From Bacteroidota bacterium (lineage in GTDB: Bacteria; Bacteroidota; Bacteroidia; JABEUT01), in the NCBI GenBank assembly GCA_013288345.1, contig JABDCA010000004.1:67577-131576 (forward strand): a stretch of 64,000 nucleotides of DNA, in the 5' to 3' direction. Both the position numbers and the translations under genes were made by a program. Shown piece after piece: positions 8,376-18,108 of this stretch (its first letter is position 1; each line of letters begins with the position of its first letter). Under the pieces are notes generated by a model. The model was not told where the DNA came from, made no database searches, and saw only the letters and a program-made list of their open reading frames with translations.

Positions 8376-10028
8376 ATGAAGATTGCCCTTGCCCAGTTTA
8401 ATTACCATGTAGGCAATCTTCCATCTAATGTTGCTAAAATAAAGAACGGTATTCTTCGTGCTAAAAACGAAGGAGTTGATATCATTGCCTTTTCTGAACT
8501 ATCGCTTTGTGGCTACGCACCTAAAGACCTTTTACAACACGATGCATTTATTAAAGCCTGTGAAGCTGCCATTGCAGATATAGCAAATGAATGCAAGGGC
8601 ATTGCAGCCATTATTGGCACACCAACTCGGAACCCTAATAAAGGCAAAGCGCTTTATAATTCAGCTTTATTTATTGCCGATGGTAAAATATTGGCTCAGG
8701 TAAATAAAACCCTGCTCCCATTCTACGATATTTTTGATGAATACCGGTACTTTGAACCTGCAAGCGAAAATAACCTAATTGAATATAAAGGCTTCAAGAT
8801 AGCCCTTGCTATATGCGAAGACACGTGGAACGAACTTCCACGTAAAAATCGTTTCTTTTACAAAAAATCACCGCTTGAAAGCCTTTGCACACCAGATGCT
8901 ACTTGCATTATAAATATTGCTGCCTCGCCATTTTCATATATACATGAAGAAGAACGCCTCCGAATGATCGAAGCTTCTACATCTAAATACAAACTACCAT
9001 TCTTCTATATAAATGCATTGGGTGCCAATACCGATTTAATATTTGATGGAGGCTCTATGGTAATGAATAAAGAGGGCAAAGTAATTGATGAAATGAATTA
9101 TTTCAGTGAAGACTTAGCCGTATATGAACTGAAAGCCGACAAAACAGTTATTGCCCTTACTCCCCACGCAAAAAAGAAAACCCAAGAACCTATTGAACGT
9201 ATTTACAATGCACTTGTATTAGGCATTCGCGACTACTTTCAAAAGAATAACCTTACAGGTGCAATTTTAGGCTTATCAGGTGGAATTGACTCTGCATTGG
9301 TGCTTGCATTGGCAGCAGATGCATTGGGTAGTAAAAATGTGCATGCATTGGTTCTCCCATCACGCTACACATCACAAGAATCGTTAAATGATGCCAATGA
9401 GCTTATTAAAAACATAGGCTGCCCACACGAAACTATATCGATAGAGCCTGGTATTACAGCAGCATACACTAGTTTGAATACTGCTTTTGCAGGCAAGCAA
9501 GCCGATATTACTGAAGAGAATATACAATCGCGCATGCGTAGCTTGCTCCTAATGGCTATGTCGAATAAGTTTGGTTATTTGTTACTCAATACATCTAACA
9601 AAAGTGAGCTGGCAACCGGTTATGGAACCTTATACGGAGATATGAGTGGAGCAATATCTGTCCTTGGTGACGTTTATAAAACACATGCATTTGAGCTTGC
9701 ACGATACATTAACAAGATAAAGCCTAATACTATTCCCGAGAATATTATCAGTAAACCCCCTACGGCTGAGCTTAAACACGACCAGAAAGATACCGATTCA
9801 TTACCTGAGTATGATTTGTTGGATAAAATACTGTTTCAGTATATAGAAATGGAATTAGCACCTGCCGATATTAAAGTACAGGGAGCAAGTACAGATTTAA
9901 TTGCTAAAATAGTGGCTATGGTTAATCGTAATGAATACAAACGCAATCAAGCTCCGCCCATACTAAGGGTATCGCCAAAAGCATTTGGCAGTGGCAGAAG
10001 AATGCCTATTGTGGGCAAGTACTTGTAG
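8376..10028 (+). CDS. nadE: glutamine-dependent NAD+ synthase
   Basis: N-terminal CN-hydrolase domain (MKIALAQFNY..., AICED) fused to an NAD synthetase domain with the SGGIDSA P-loop. Confidence 0.9.
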   Translation: MKIALAQFNYHVGNLPSNVAKIKNGILRAKNEGVDIIAFSELSLCGYAPKDLLQHDAFIKACEAAIADIANECKGIAAIIGTPTRNPNKGKALYNSALFIADGKILAQVNKTLLPFYDIFDEYRYFEPASENNLIEYKGFKIALAICEDTWNELPRKNRFFYKKSPLESLCTPDATCIINIAASPFSYIHEEERLRMIEASTSKYKLPFFYINALGANTDLIFDGGSMVMNKEGKVIDEMNYFSEDLAVYELKADKTVIALTPHAKKKTQEPIERIYNALVLGIRDYFQKNNLTGAILGLSGGIDSALVLALAADALGSKNVHALVLPSRYTSQESLNDANELIKNIGCPHETISIEPGITAAYTSLNTAFAGKQADITEENIQSRMRSLLLMAMSNKFGYLLLNTSNKSELATGYGTLYGDMSGAISVLGDVYKTHAFELARYINKIKPNTIPENIISKPPTAELKHDQKDTDSLPEYDLLDKILFQYIEMELAPADIKVQGASTDLIAKIVAMVNRNEYKRNQAPPILRVSPKAFGSGRRMPIVGKYL

Positions 10029-10038
10029 CAGTTAATTA

Positions 10039-11592
10039 CTAAAACTTAATCTCTGTCCCGTCTTTATTCAGCACTTTGAATTCAAGGAACTGCAATGAAT
10101 CAAGCTCTTGTATCTTAATACCACGCTTGTATTTCAGCTTCCATTTCATATTTATAGATGGGAAACCCTTGGTAAGGAATGCATAAATGAATGGATGCAC
10201 CATTAAAGTAACGCCCTTTTCATTTTGCTCGGTAAGTATATAACGCAGTGTGTTTTCAATCTTATCAGTAATCAGTAAAGGTGGTTCCACCTCTCCTGTT
10301 CCTCCACAGGTAGGACATTTTTCCATTATATTAATAACGGTTTGTGGCCTTACCCTTTCGCGTGTAATTTGTATAAGTCCGAACTTACTTGGAGGAAGAA
10401 TGTGATGCTTCGCTCTGTCGGTCTTCATCAGGTCTTTTAAATGCGCAAACAGTTTTTTTCTGTTTTCGGCGCTATACATATCAATAAAGTCGATAACTAT
10501 GATACCACCCAAATCGCGTAAACGTAACTGGCGCGCTACTTCAGCCGCCGATTCCATATTCACTTCAAGGGCATTGGTTTCCTGATCGTTCTTCGATTTA
10601 ATTTTAGTACCGCTATTCACGTCAATAACGTGAAGCGCTTCGGTGTGCTCAATAATCAAGTACGCACCACTGGCCATGTTCACTACTCTGCCAAACGATG
10701 ACTTAATCTGTTTCTCTACGCCAAGCTGGTCGAATATAGGGGCACTTCCCCTGTACAACTTAACGATATCTTCTTTTTCCGGTGCAATAGTGTGCATATA
10801 TTTTTTTATTTCTTCGTACAGATCCTGATCATTAACCATAATGCTGCTAAAAGAAGCATTAACCAGGTCGCGGATAGTTACCGATGTACGGCCCATTTCT
10901 CCTAATAATTTGTAAGGAGGATGTGGGTTGGTTTTTAAATTATTATAACATTCTTGCCATTTTTCAACCAAACTATTAAGGTCGGCATCTAATTCGGCAA
11001 CACTTTTTTCCTCAGCCACGGTGCGGACGATAAGTCCAAAGCCTTTTGGCTTAATACTTTCCATTAATTTTTTAAGGCGCTCTCTTTCTTCCTGCGATTT
11101 AATTTTTTGCGATACTGCAATCTTTTCGGCAAAAGGAATAAGAACTAAAAAACGGCCTGCAAGGGTAACATGTGATGTAATACGTGGCCCTTTCGTGGAA
11201 ATAGGTTCTTTTGCTATTTGCACCAGCACACTTTGTCCTCCATTAAGTACATTAGATATTTTGCCACTCTTTGGGATATCACCAAGCATTTTAAAGTACA
11301 TAAGCGGAGAGTGTTTTATCTTTCCGGTAAGTACTCCGTTTGTATAGCTGTTTAATGAGGCAAATTGAGGGCCAAGATCGAAATAGTGAAGGAAAGCATC
11401 TTTCTCGTAACCAACATTAATGAAGGCTGCGTTAAGGCTGCTGGCTATTTTACTAACCTTACCTAAGTATATGTCTCCTACTGAAAACTGGGCGTCGTTG
11501 CGCTCGCGCACCAACTCCACCAGCTTCTTGTCGTTCAAAACGGCAGTTACTACCCCCGTAGGCGTAGAGTTGATTATTAATTCGTTGCTCAT
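10039..11592 (-). CDS. rng: Rne/Rng family ribonuclease (RNase G-like)
   Basis: 517 aa. S1 domain (GDIYLGKV), the catalytic-core motif HVIDVNSG and the IVIDFIDM region. Confidence 0.85.
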   Translation of the reverse strand: MSNELIINSTPTGVVTAVLNDKKLVELVRERNDAQFSVGDIYLGKVSKIASSLNAAFINVGYEKDAFLHYFDLGPQFASLNSYTNGVLTGKIKHSPLMYFKMLGDIPKSGKISNVLNGGQSVLVQIAKEPISTKGPRITSHVTLAGRFLVLIPFAEKIAVSQKIKSQEERERLKKLMESIKPKGFGLIVRTVAEEKSVAELDADLNSLVEKWQECYNNLKTNPHPPYKLLGEMGRTSVTIRDLVNASFSSIMVNDQDLYEEIKKYMHTIAPEKEDIVKLYRGSAPIFDQLGVEKQIKSSFGRVVNMASGAYLIIEHTEALHVIDVNSGTKIKSKNDQETNALEVNMESAAEVARQLRLRDLGGIIVIDFIDMYSAENRKKLFAHLKDLMKTDRAKHHILPPSKFGLIQITRERVRPQTVINIMEKCPTCGGTGEVEPPLLITDKIENTLRYILTEQNEKGVTLMVHPFIYAFLTKGFPSINMKWKLKYKRGIKIQELDSLQFLEFKVLNKDGTEIKF

Positions 11593-11875
11593 AGATTGAG
11601 TTTGTTAAAACTGTAATTCTTTTTAATAATTTGCCTGTGTAATGTTGTTTGGTGCCGGCATTTTGCACATTTAGTGGTAGTGGTTCAGGGTGTATAGAAA
11701 AGCAGGGCTCTGCATTTTCAATAAATGTGGTATGGTATCCTATTAAGGATAATAAGGGCAATAGCATTCTATTGATACCTGAAATAAGGGTATCAACAAT
11801 AAAGTAAAGTGACTTGAAATTGTATTTCAGTTCTTTATACATAAAAAGGGTGGAATAAGTAAAACCATCTATACC

Positions 11876-11909
11876 AAAGAAGCCCCGCAGTAATGCGGGG
11901 CCTTCTTTT
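11876..11909 (-). terminator. rho-independent terminator (potentially bidirectional)
   Basis: GC-rich hairpin gccccgca-gtaa-tgcggggc with extended A/T-flanked stems. Lies just downstream of the micro-ORF at 11933..12028. Confidence 0.65.
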
Positions 11910-11932
11910 AGTATTATAAAAAAGATGGAATA

Positions 11933-12028
11933 TTACCTTAATCTCTTCTTGTGCCTGTTCTTCCTGAGGCGTTTCTTCCTTTTGTGGGTGGCCATTTTAT
12001 GGCGTTTTCTTTTCTTTCCGCAAGGCAT
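11933..12028 (-). CDS. 31-aa highly basic protein, bS22-like (AURKAIP1/COX24-like) small ribosomal protein
   Basis: Below the ORF-track size cutoff. The minus strand reads MPCGKKRKRHKMATHKRKKRLRKNRHKKRLR*, followed by a strong terminator. Matches my recollection of the MPSGKKRKRHKMATHKRKKR... proteins of Bacteroidota. Confidence 0.65.
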   Translation of the reverse strand: MPCGKKRKRHKMATHKRKKRLRKNRHKKRLR

Positions 12029-12049
12029 AACTATCGTATTAAATTATTA

Positions 12050-12913
12050 TTACTTATTTGTTATTGTATCGTTTTTCAATCTCTTAATCTCAGTACTAAT
12101 CTCGTCCTTAATTTTTTTATCGGTCGCAAAAGTACTATATTTTTCCAGACATTCAACAGCTCCCTGTTTATTTCCATTTTTTTCGTAGGCATCGGCCAAA
12201 AACAGGTAGCCGTCGCTAAAGGATGGCTTTATGGTCAAAACCCTATGAAAACGGTATATTGCCTTATCTAACTGGCCCGATTGTACCGACAATTCGCCCA
12301 GCGCAAGTTGGCCATTTAAATTATTCGAATCTTTTTTAAGAACCCCCTCAATTATAGCAATACCCTGCATTGGGTTTGGCGAGCCTTCAACCAGGCATTT
12401 ACCCATACCTACTCTGGTATCGAGGTTGGTTGAGTCGATTTTATAGGAGTTTGTATAACATTCCGATGCTTTTTGAATAAGCACAGCTCTTGATTGCTGA
12501 TCGCCAACTTCCGAAGCATTATAGTACCTGTCGGCGGCTTTATACCACAAATCGGCTGAATTACGAAGCGATGCAAGTTTTTCTGCATAATAAGTAGCCG
12601 GAATAATAGCACCAAGGCTATCATACCTGCTTATTATAGTCTTGAGTAATTGTATACGCCCATCACCAGTTGAACCTTCTAATGACTGCTCCATTTTATC
12701 AATAGCGCTTTGGTCATCAGCAGGTATCTGCTTTTTAGCTTCGTCTAAAACTCTGGTAAAATCTTCTGCTGTATTAACAACATGGCCACCGGCAACAGGC
12801 CCTTTATCGGCTGAGACCGGTGCTTGGCGGTTAACATAAAAAAGTGATGCGAAAATTATTACGCTTCCTGAGATGGCAATCCATTGACGTGAAGAAAATG
12901 ATGCCATCAACAA
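12050..12913 (-). CDS. tetratricopeptide-repeat protein with N-terminal membrane anchor
   Basis: 287 aa. One N-terminal TM helix, then TPR-like A/Y/L periodicity (...YLFLADAYEKNGNKQGAVECLEKY). Confidence 0.65.
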   Translation of the reverse strand: MLMASFSSRQWIAISGSVIIFASLFYVNRQAPVSADKGPVAGGHVVNTAEDFTRVLDEAKKQIPADDQSAIDKMEQSLEGSTGDGRIQLLKTIISRYDSLGAIIPATYYAEKLASLRNSADLWYKAADRYYNASEVGDQQSRAVLIQKASECYTNSYKIDSTNLDTRVGMGKCLVEGSPNPMQGIAIIEGVLKKDSNNLNGQLALGELSVQSGQLDKAIYRFHRVLTIKPSFSDGYLFLADAYEKNGNKQGAVECLEKYSTFATDKKIKDEISTEIKRLKNDTITNK

Positions 12914-12916
12914 TGT

Positions 12917-13201
12917 TTACTTAACAGACTTCTTAACCCTTTCAGAAAATTTCTTGGAAGGTTTAAAAGCCGGAATGAAGTGAGCTGGAAGCTGAATAGC
13001 CGTATTCTTAGATATATTACGGGCAATTTTAGCGGCACGTTTTTTAATAATAAAATTTCCGAAACCTCTTAACGAAACTGTTTCTTTATTAGAAATATGT
13101 TCCTTAACTGAATTCATAAAGGCTTCTACAGTAGCTTCTACCACTGTTCTTTCGATACCAGTCTTTCTTGATATCTCCTTAACTATCTCTGCTTTTGTCA
13201 T
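12917..13201 (-). CDS. HU/IHF-family DNA-binding protein
   Basis: MTKAEIVKEISRKTG...LRGFGNF...R.ARN..T matches the HU fold signature. I chose the Met at 13201 rather than the upstream track start at 13243. Confidence 0.85.
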   Translation of the reverse strand: MTKAEIVKEISRKTGIERTVVEATVEAFMNSVKEHISNKETVSLRGFGNFIIKKRAAKIARNISKNTAIQLPAHFIPAFKPSKKFSERVKKSVK

Positions 13202-13262
13202 AACTAAATTGGGGTTTAGTGTTATTACGGCACAAAGGTACAAAAAATGGCGATACGAAATC

Positions 13263-13754
13263 TCATTTTTTTCTCCTCAAATATTCAATAAACGAATAGG
13301 TATGAGGATTCTTTTCATCAGCAGGAAAGTCGGTGTGCAGGGTTTCATCCCACTCATTTATTGCTATATCGGGAAAAAATGCATCTCCATCAAAATTTTC
13401 ATGTATTCGGGTCAGGTAAATCTTGTCGGCGCTATGTATAAGTTGGTGATAAATTTCTGCTCCGCCAATAACAAAAACCTCATTTTCGGCCTTGCAATAC
13501 TCCAAAACAGCTGAAAATGAACTAAAAACAACACATCCTTCAGCTTTATAAGCTGTATTTCGGGTAATAATTATGTTTTTTCTGCCCGGTAATGGTTTTC
13601 CCATCGACTCATAGGTTTTCCTACCCATAACTACAGTGTGGCCTGTGGTTAGGTTCTTAAAAAACTTCATATCGGCCGGCATACGCCAAATAAGAGTATT
13701 GTTTTTACCTATTACGTTATTATCAGAAGCGGCGGCAACCAGCGATACAATCAT
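13263..13754 (-). CDS. folA: dihydrofolate reductase
   Basis: 163 aa. IGKNNTLIWRMPADMKFFKNLTTGHTVVMGRKTYES matches the DHFR signature. Adjacent to thyA. Confidence 0.92.
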   Translation of the reverse strand: MIVSLVAAASDNNVIGKNNTLIWRMPADMKFFKNLTTGHTVVMGRKTYESMGKPLPGRKNIIITRNTAYKAEGCVVFSSFSAVLEYCKAENEVFVIGGAEIYHQLIHSADKIYLTRIHENFDGDAFFPDIAINEWDETLHTDFPADEKNPHTYSFIEYLRRKK

Positions 13755-13757
13755 GCT

Positions 13758-14552
13758 TTAAACCGCTACCGGTGCTTTAATATGAGGATGTGGATCATAT
13801 CCTTCTAGTGTAAAATCTGAAAACTGGAACGAGAAAATATCTTTCACATCCGGATTAACCTTCATAGTTGGCAGCGGGCGCAGTTCGCGGCTGAGCTGTA
13901 AACGGGCCTGATCTAGGTGATTAAGGTATAAATGGGTATCGCCTAGTGTATGCACAAACTCGCCCGGCTTTAAATTGCAAGCCTGAGCTACCATAAGCGT
14001 TAGTAAAGCATACGAAGCAATATTAAATGGCACGCCAAGGAACACATCGGCACTGCGCTGATATAGCAAGCAAGATAATTTACCATCGCACACATAAAAC
14101 TGGAAGAACATATGGCAAGGTGGTAATTTCATTTTATCTATCTCGCCTACGTTCCATGCACTTACTATAAGACGACGCGAATTGGGGTTCTTTTTTATCT
14201 GGTCAATTACATTTGTAATCTGGTCAATATGCCTGCCATCTGCTGCTGGCCAGCTCCTCCATTGGTAACCATAAACAGGACCAAGATTTCCTTCTGCATC
14301 TGCCCATTCATCCCAAATAGATACACCATTATCTTTCAGGTATTTAATATTGGTTTCCCCTTTTAAAAACCACAATAGTTCATATATAATGGAACGCAAA
14401 TGGAGTTTTTTAGTAGTAAGTAAAGGGAATCCCTCTTGCAGATCGAACCGCATTTGATAGCCAAAAACACTAAGGGTTCCGGTACCTGTACGGTCACCCT
14501 TTTGAACGCCTTTATCGAGAATGTGCTGTAAAAGATCGTGATACTGTTTCAA
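13758..14552 (-). CDS. thyA: thymidylate synthase (ThyA type)
   Basis: 264 aa. MKQYHDLL...DRTGTGT...active-site PPCH...[18 protein letters not shown]. Confidence 0.95.
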   Translation of the reverse strand: MKQYHDLLQHILDKGVQKGDRTGTGTLSVFGYQMRFDLQEGFPLLTTKKLHLRSIIYELLWFLKGETNIKYLKDNGVSIWDEWADAEGNLGPVYGYQWRSWPAADGRHIDQITNVIDQIKKNPNSRRLIVSAWNVGEIDKMKLPPCHMFFQFYVCDGKLSCLLYQRSADVFLGVPFNIASYALLTLMVAQACNLKPGEFVHTLGDTHLYLNHLDQARLQLSRELRPLPTMKVNPDVKDIFSFQFSDFTLEGYDPHPHIKAPVAV

Positions 14553-14685
14553 TGCGTAAACGGTTATTTCTTCCGCATTTCAAAAGTAGAGAATAGTTCT
14601 GTATCGCCTCATTTAAAATTACTAACAGATGTTACTATCTTATTAGTTTCCTATCATTTGTTAGTATTCCATACAAGGGAATGTA

Positions 14686-14693
14686 TATTTTTG
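14686..14693 (+). promoter_or_regulatory. -7 promoter box (TAnnTTTG)
   Basis: TATTTTTG, 5 nt before the ATG at 14699. Overlaps the track's upstream ATG at 14681. Confidence 0.4.
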
Positions 14694-14698
14694 GCAAC

Positions 14699-15919
14699 AT
14701 GAAAATTTTGCAACTATGCAATAAGGTACCCTACCCCGAAAAAGACGGTGGGGCTATTGGCATAAGTGTTTTCACCCGTGAATTATTACGGGCAGGCCAT
14801 TCGGTTAAAATGCTGGCTATGAATACCTCAAAGCATTATGTCGCTGTAAATACTATACCTAGTGATTTTAAAACCGGTATAGCATTAGAAACGGTAGATG
14901 TTGACAACTCAATAAACCCCATAAAAGCGTTGGCTGCTTTATTGAAAGGAGAGTCGTATAATATATCACGCTTCAACTCGAATGAATATACCAAAAAACT
15001 TGAAGCTATTTTAAAAAGTAACTCTTTTGATATAATTCAACTTGAAGGGCTTTACCTTGCTCCCTATATTCCCTTAATACGGCAATTATCAGGTGCAACA
15101 GTAATAATGCGTGAACATAATGTAGAATGGAAAATATGGGAACGCCTGGCAATAGAAGAAACAAGCCCGCTTAAAAAAATGTACTTAAGCATATTGGCTA
15201 AGCAATTAAAAAAATACGAAGAAAAGGCTGTTAATGCTTGCGATGGTATTACAACCACAACCATAAATGACTTGAATCTGTTAAAATCAACCGGATGTAA
15301 AACCCCTATTGCACATATACCCTTTGGCATAGATGTGGCAAGGTATATTCCGACAGAAGCCACCGACATCCAATCGCTTTTTTATATTGGAGCCCTGGAC
15401 TGGTTACCGAACTTACAGGGAGTGGAATGGTTTTTGAAAGAAGTCTGGAATAAAGTACATGAGGCATTGCCAACAGTTAAATTACACATTGCCGGACGTA
15501 ATATGCCAGAGAGTTTAAAAAATGCCTCATACCCAAATGTTACATTCTACGGAGAAATAGAAGATGCTTTTGCCTTTATGAATAAGTATAATATTATGCT
15601 GGTGCCCTTACTTGCAGGAAGTGGTGTACGGGTAAAAATAATAGAAGGTATGGCAATGGGCAAAGCTATTGTTACCACACCAATGGGTATAGAAGGCATA
15701 GAGTGTGAATATGCAAAAGACGTTATGGTAGCAGATAGCCCTGAATTATTTTGCAAAACAATTGTATATTGCATTCAAAACCCCGAATCAGCAAAATTGC
15801 TTGCCAAAAACGGACGTATTTTTGCTGAAGCTAATCACGATATTAAAAAGATAGTGCAAAACCTTATCGGGTTTTATAATGAACGAATAAAGGGGAAAAC
15901 AGCAAGCTTACAAGGATGA
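14699..15919 (+). CDS. glycosyltransferase family 4 (GT-B)
   Basis: MKILQLCNKVPYPEKDGG N-terminus and a C-terminal GSGVRVKIIEGMAMGKAIVTT motif. The start is ambiguous (14681 or 14699). Confidence 0.75.
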   Translation: MKILQLCNKVPYPEKDGGAIGISVFTRELLRAGHSVKMLAMNTSKHYVAVNTIPSDFKTGIALETVDVDNSINPIKALAALLKGESYNISRFNSNEYTKKLEAILKSNSFDIIQLEGLYLAPYIPLIRQLSGATVIMREHNVEWKIWERLAIEETSPLKKMYLSILAKQLKKYEEKAVNACDGITTTTINDLNLLKSTGCKTPIAHIPFGIDVARYIPTEATDIQSLFYIGALDWLPNLQGVEWFLKEVWNKVHEALPTVKLHIAGRNMPESLKNASYPNVTFYGEIEDAFAFMNKYNIMLVPLLAGSGVRVKIIEGMAMGKAIVTTPMGIEGIECEYAKDVMVADSPELFCKTIVYCIQNPESAKLLAKNGRIFAEANHDIKKIVQNLIGFYNERIKGKTASLQG

Positions 15920-17085
15920 TTTTAGTTTACCAATATATTTTATGGGTTTCATTGGGCGCGGTGTTATTTTCATATGCCATTTACCCCCTCTTATTGCGAC
16001 TACTTGCTGTTGGCAAAAGCAACAATACTGTAATTTTTGATTCAAGTTCCTTACCATTTATATCTATACTTATAGCAGCACATAACGAAGAAAAAGTTAT
16101 TGAAGAAAAACTGAGAAGTATTTTCGAAGGTAGTTATCCTATCAAAAAAATAGAAGTATTAATTGGTTCAGATAATAGTACTGATAAAACAGAAGAAATA
16201 ATAAATGACCTGTCAAGAAAATATCAAAACTTAAAACTAATTGCATTTAAAAACAGGACCGGTAAGGTTCGAATAATCAATAACCTTGCTGAAACTGCAA
16301 CACATCCTATTATAATTATTACCGATGCCAATGTAATCTTCGACAAAGACACCCTATTTCATTTAATAAAACATTTTAAGAATGATGCAATTGCATTGGT
16401 CGATACCAATATGCTGCATAAAGGCTTAAAAAAGGAAGGCATATCGTATGAAGAAAGTTTTTACATACGTGGCGAAGTAGCAAGCAAGTACAATGAAGGC
16501 CTCCTTTGGGGAACAATGATGGGGCCATTTGGAGGGTGTTATGCATTCCGCAAAGAATACTTTACACCTGTACCAGAAAATTTTTTGGTCGATGATTTTT
16601 ACATCAACATGAAAGTACTTGAAAAAGGTGGTAAAGCCATAAATGAAGTAAAAGCCATTGTTTACGAAGATATATCGAACAATATAATGGAGGAGTTCAG
16701 AAGGAAGATACGTATAGCGACCGGTAGCTTTCAAAACCTGTTTGCCTTTAAGCACCTACTCTTCCGTTTCAACGCTATTAGTTTTTGTTTCTTTTCACAT
16801 AAAGTACTGCGCTGGCTTTGCCCCATCTTCTTTTTGCTCATTTATATTTGCAGTTTGTTATTGATAAACTATAATACTTTTTATCATTCCTTATTTTATA
16901 TCGAAACTTTTTTCGGAGCACTTGTTCCAATGGATTACTTATTGCAAAAAACAGGTATTCATATTCGATTGTTACGTTTATTACGCCATTTCTTTTTTAT
17001 GAATACTGCTATATTCATAGGCATGTTTAAGGCTATTGGCGGAGTAAAAACAAGTATTTGGGAACCAACCCAAAGGAATCAATAA
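15916..17085 (+). CDS. glycosyltransferase family 2 with C-terminal membrane helices
   Basis: ISILIAAHNEEKVIEEKL...GSDNSTD...ITDAN are GT2 motifs. Overlaps the previous gene by 4 nt. Confidence 0.8.
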   Translation: MILVYQYILWVSLGAVLFSYAIYPLLLRLLAVGKSNNTVIFDSSSLPFISILIAAHNEEKVIEEKLRSIFEGSYPIKKIEVLIGSDNSTDKTEEIINDLSRKYQNLKLIAFKNRTGKVRIINNLAETATHPIIIITDANVIFDKDTLFHLIKHFKNDAIALVDTNMLHKGLKKEGISYEESFYIRGEVASKYNEGLLWGTMMGPFGGCYAFRKEYFTPVPENFLVDDFYINMKVLEKGGKAINEVKAIVYEDISNNIMEEFRRKIRIATGSFQNLFAFKHLLFRFNAISFCFFSHKVLRWLCPIFFLLIYICSLLLINYNTFYHSLFYIETFFGALVPMDYLLQKTGIHIRLLRLLRHFFFMNTAIFIGMFKAIGGVKTSIWEPTQRNQ

Positions 17086-17094
17086 AACAGAACA

Positions 17095-18051
17095 ATGAGT
17101 AAGTCATTGAATATAGTATTTATGGGCACGCCGGAGTTTGCAGTTGCAACCTTAGATGCATTGGTAAAAAGCAGGCATAAAGTAATTGCCGTTGTTACCA
17201 CACCCGATAAGCCTGCTAACAGAGGCTTAAAGCTTCAAACTTCTGCGGTTAAAGAATATGCACTACAAAACAATCTACCTGTTCTTCAGCCTGAGAAGTT
17301 AAAGAGTGAAGAGTTTATTACTGAACTAAAAAAGCTAAATGCCGACTTACAGGTTGTAGTCGCTTTCCGTATGCTACCTGAAATAGTGTGGAGCATGCCT
17401 AAATGTGGAACTATAAATCTTCATGCTTCTCTGCTACCACAATACAGGGGTGCAGCACCAATTAACTGGGCAGTAATTAACGGTGAAACAGAAACCGGTA
17501 CTACTACATTTTTCATTTCACACCAGATTGATACAGGAGATATTTTAATGCATGAAAAAGTCACTATAGATGAAGATGACAATGCAGGTACAATACATGA
17601 CAAGTTAATGGTATCTGGCTCTGCATTGCTCGTAAAAACAGTAGATGCTATTGCCGATGGAACCATAAAAGCAGTACCACAACCTGCATTTGATGTTTTA
17701 AAATACGCCCCTAAAATATTCAGGGATGATTGCCGCATTAGCTGGAATAAGCCTGCAACCGAAGTATATAATTTTATACGCGGGTTAAGCCCCTACCCGG
17801 GTGCATTTACAGAATTGCAAAACGAAGAGAAAGAGAAAATGACCTTAAAGATATTTAGCACAAAAAAACATATTGATCTGGTAATACCTGCAGGTGAACT
17901 CGTACTGAGCACAAAAAATGAGGCTTTTATAGGCTGTGAAGATGGGGCACTTGAAATAACAGAGCTTCAGGCTGAAGGAAGAAAGAGAATGAAAACAGCT
18001 GATTTCCTTAGAGGCTTTCCGTTAAATGCAGGCACCTGGCAGGCTATCTAA
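17095..18051 (+). CDS. fmt: methionyl-tRNA formyltransferase
   Basis: IVFMGTPEFAV...NLHASLLPQYRGAAPINWAVINGE matches the Fmt signature. Confidence 0.92.
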   Translation: MSKSLNIVFMGTPEFAVATLDALVKSRHKVIAVVTTPDKPANRGLKLQTSAVKEYALQNNLPVLQPEKLKSEEFITELKKLNADLQVVVAFRMLPEIVWSMPKCGTINLHASLLPQYRGAAPINWAVINGETETGTTTFFISHQIDTGDILMHEKVTIDEDDNAGTIHDKLMVSGSALLVKTVDAIADGTIKAVPQPAFDVLKYAPKIFRDDCRISWNKPATEVYNFIRGLSPYPGAFTELQNEEKEKMTLKIFSTKKHIDLVIPAGELVLSTKNEAFIGCEDGALEITELQAEGRKRMKTADFLRGFPLNAGTWQAI

Positions 18052-18080
18052 TATTTATAACCCCACAAGGGAAGAATTTT

Positions 18081-18088
18081 TATTTTTG
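18081..18088 (+). promoter_or_regulatory. -7 promoter box (TAnnTTTG)
   Basis: TATTTTTG, 20 nt upstream of the ATG at 18109. Confidence 0.4.
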
Positions 18089-18108
18089 AGCTTCTCAATT
18101 TTATCTCC

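Noticed and set aside
11459-12271. Track ORFs 11459..11842 (minus) and 11925..12188 / 11951..12271 (plus) as genes.
   Set aside because: The first overlaps the rng start out of frame and lies in its upstream leader. The plus-strand pair runs antisense to the bS22-like micro-ORF and the TPR gene and consists of low-complexity F/L-rich sequence.
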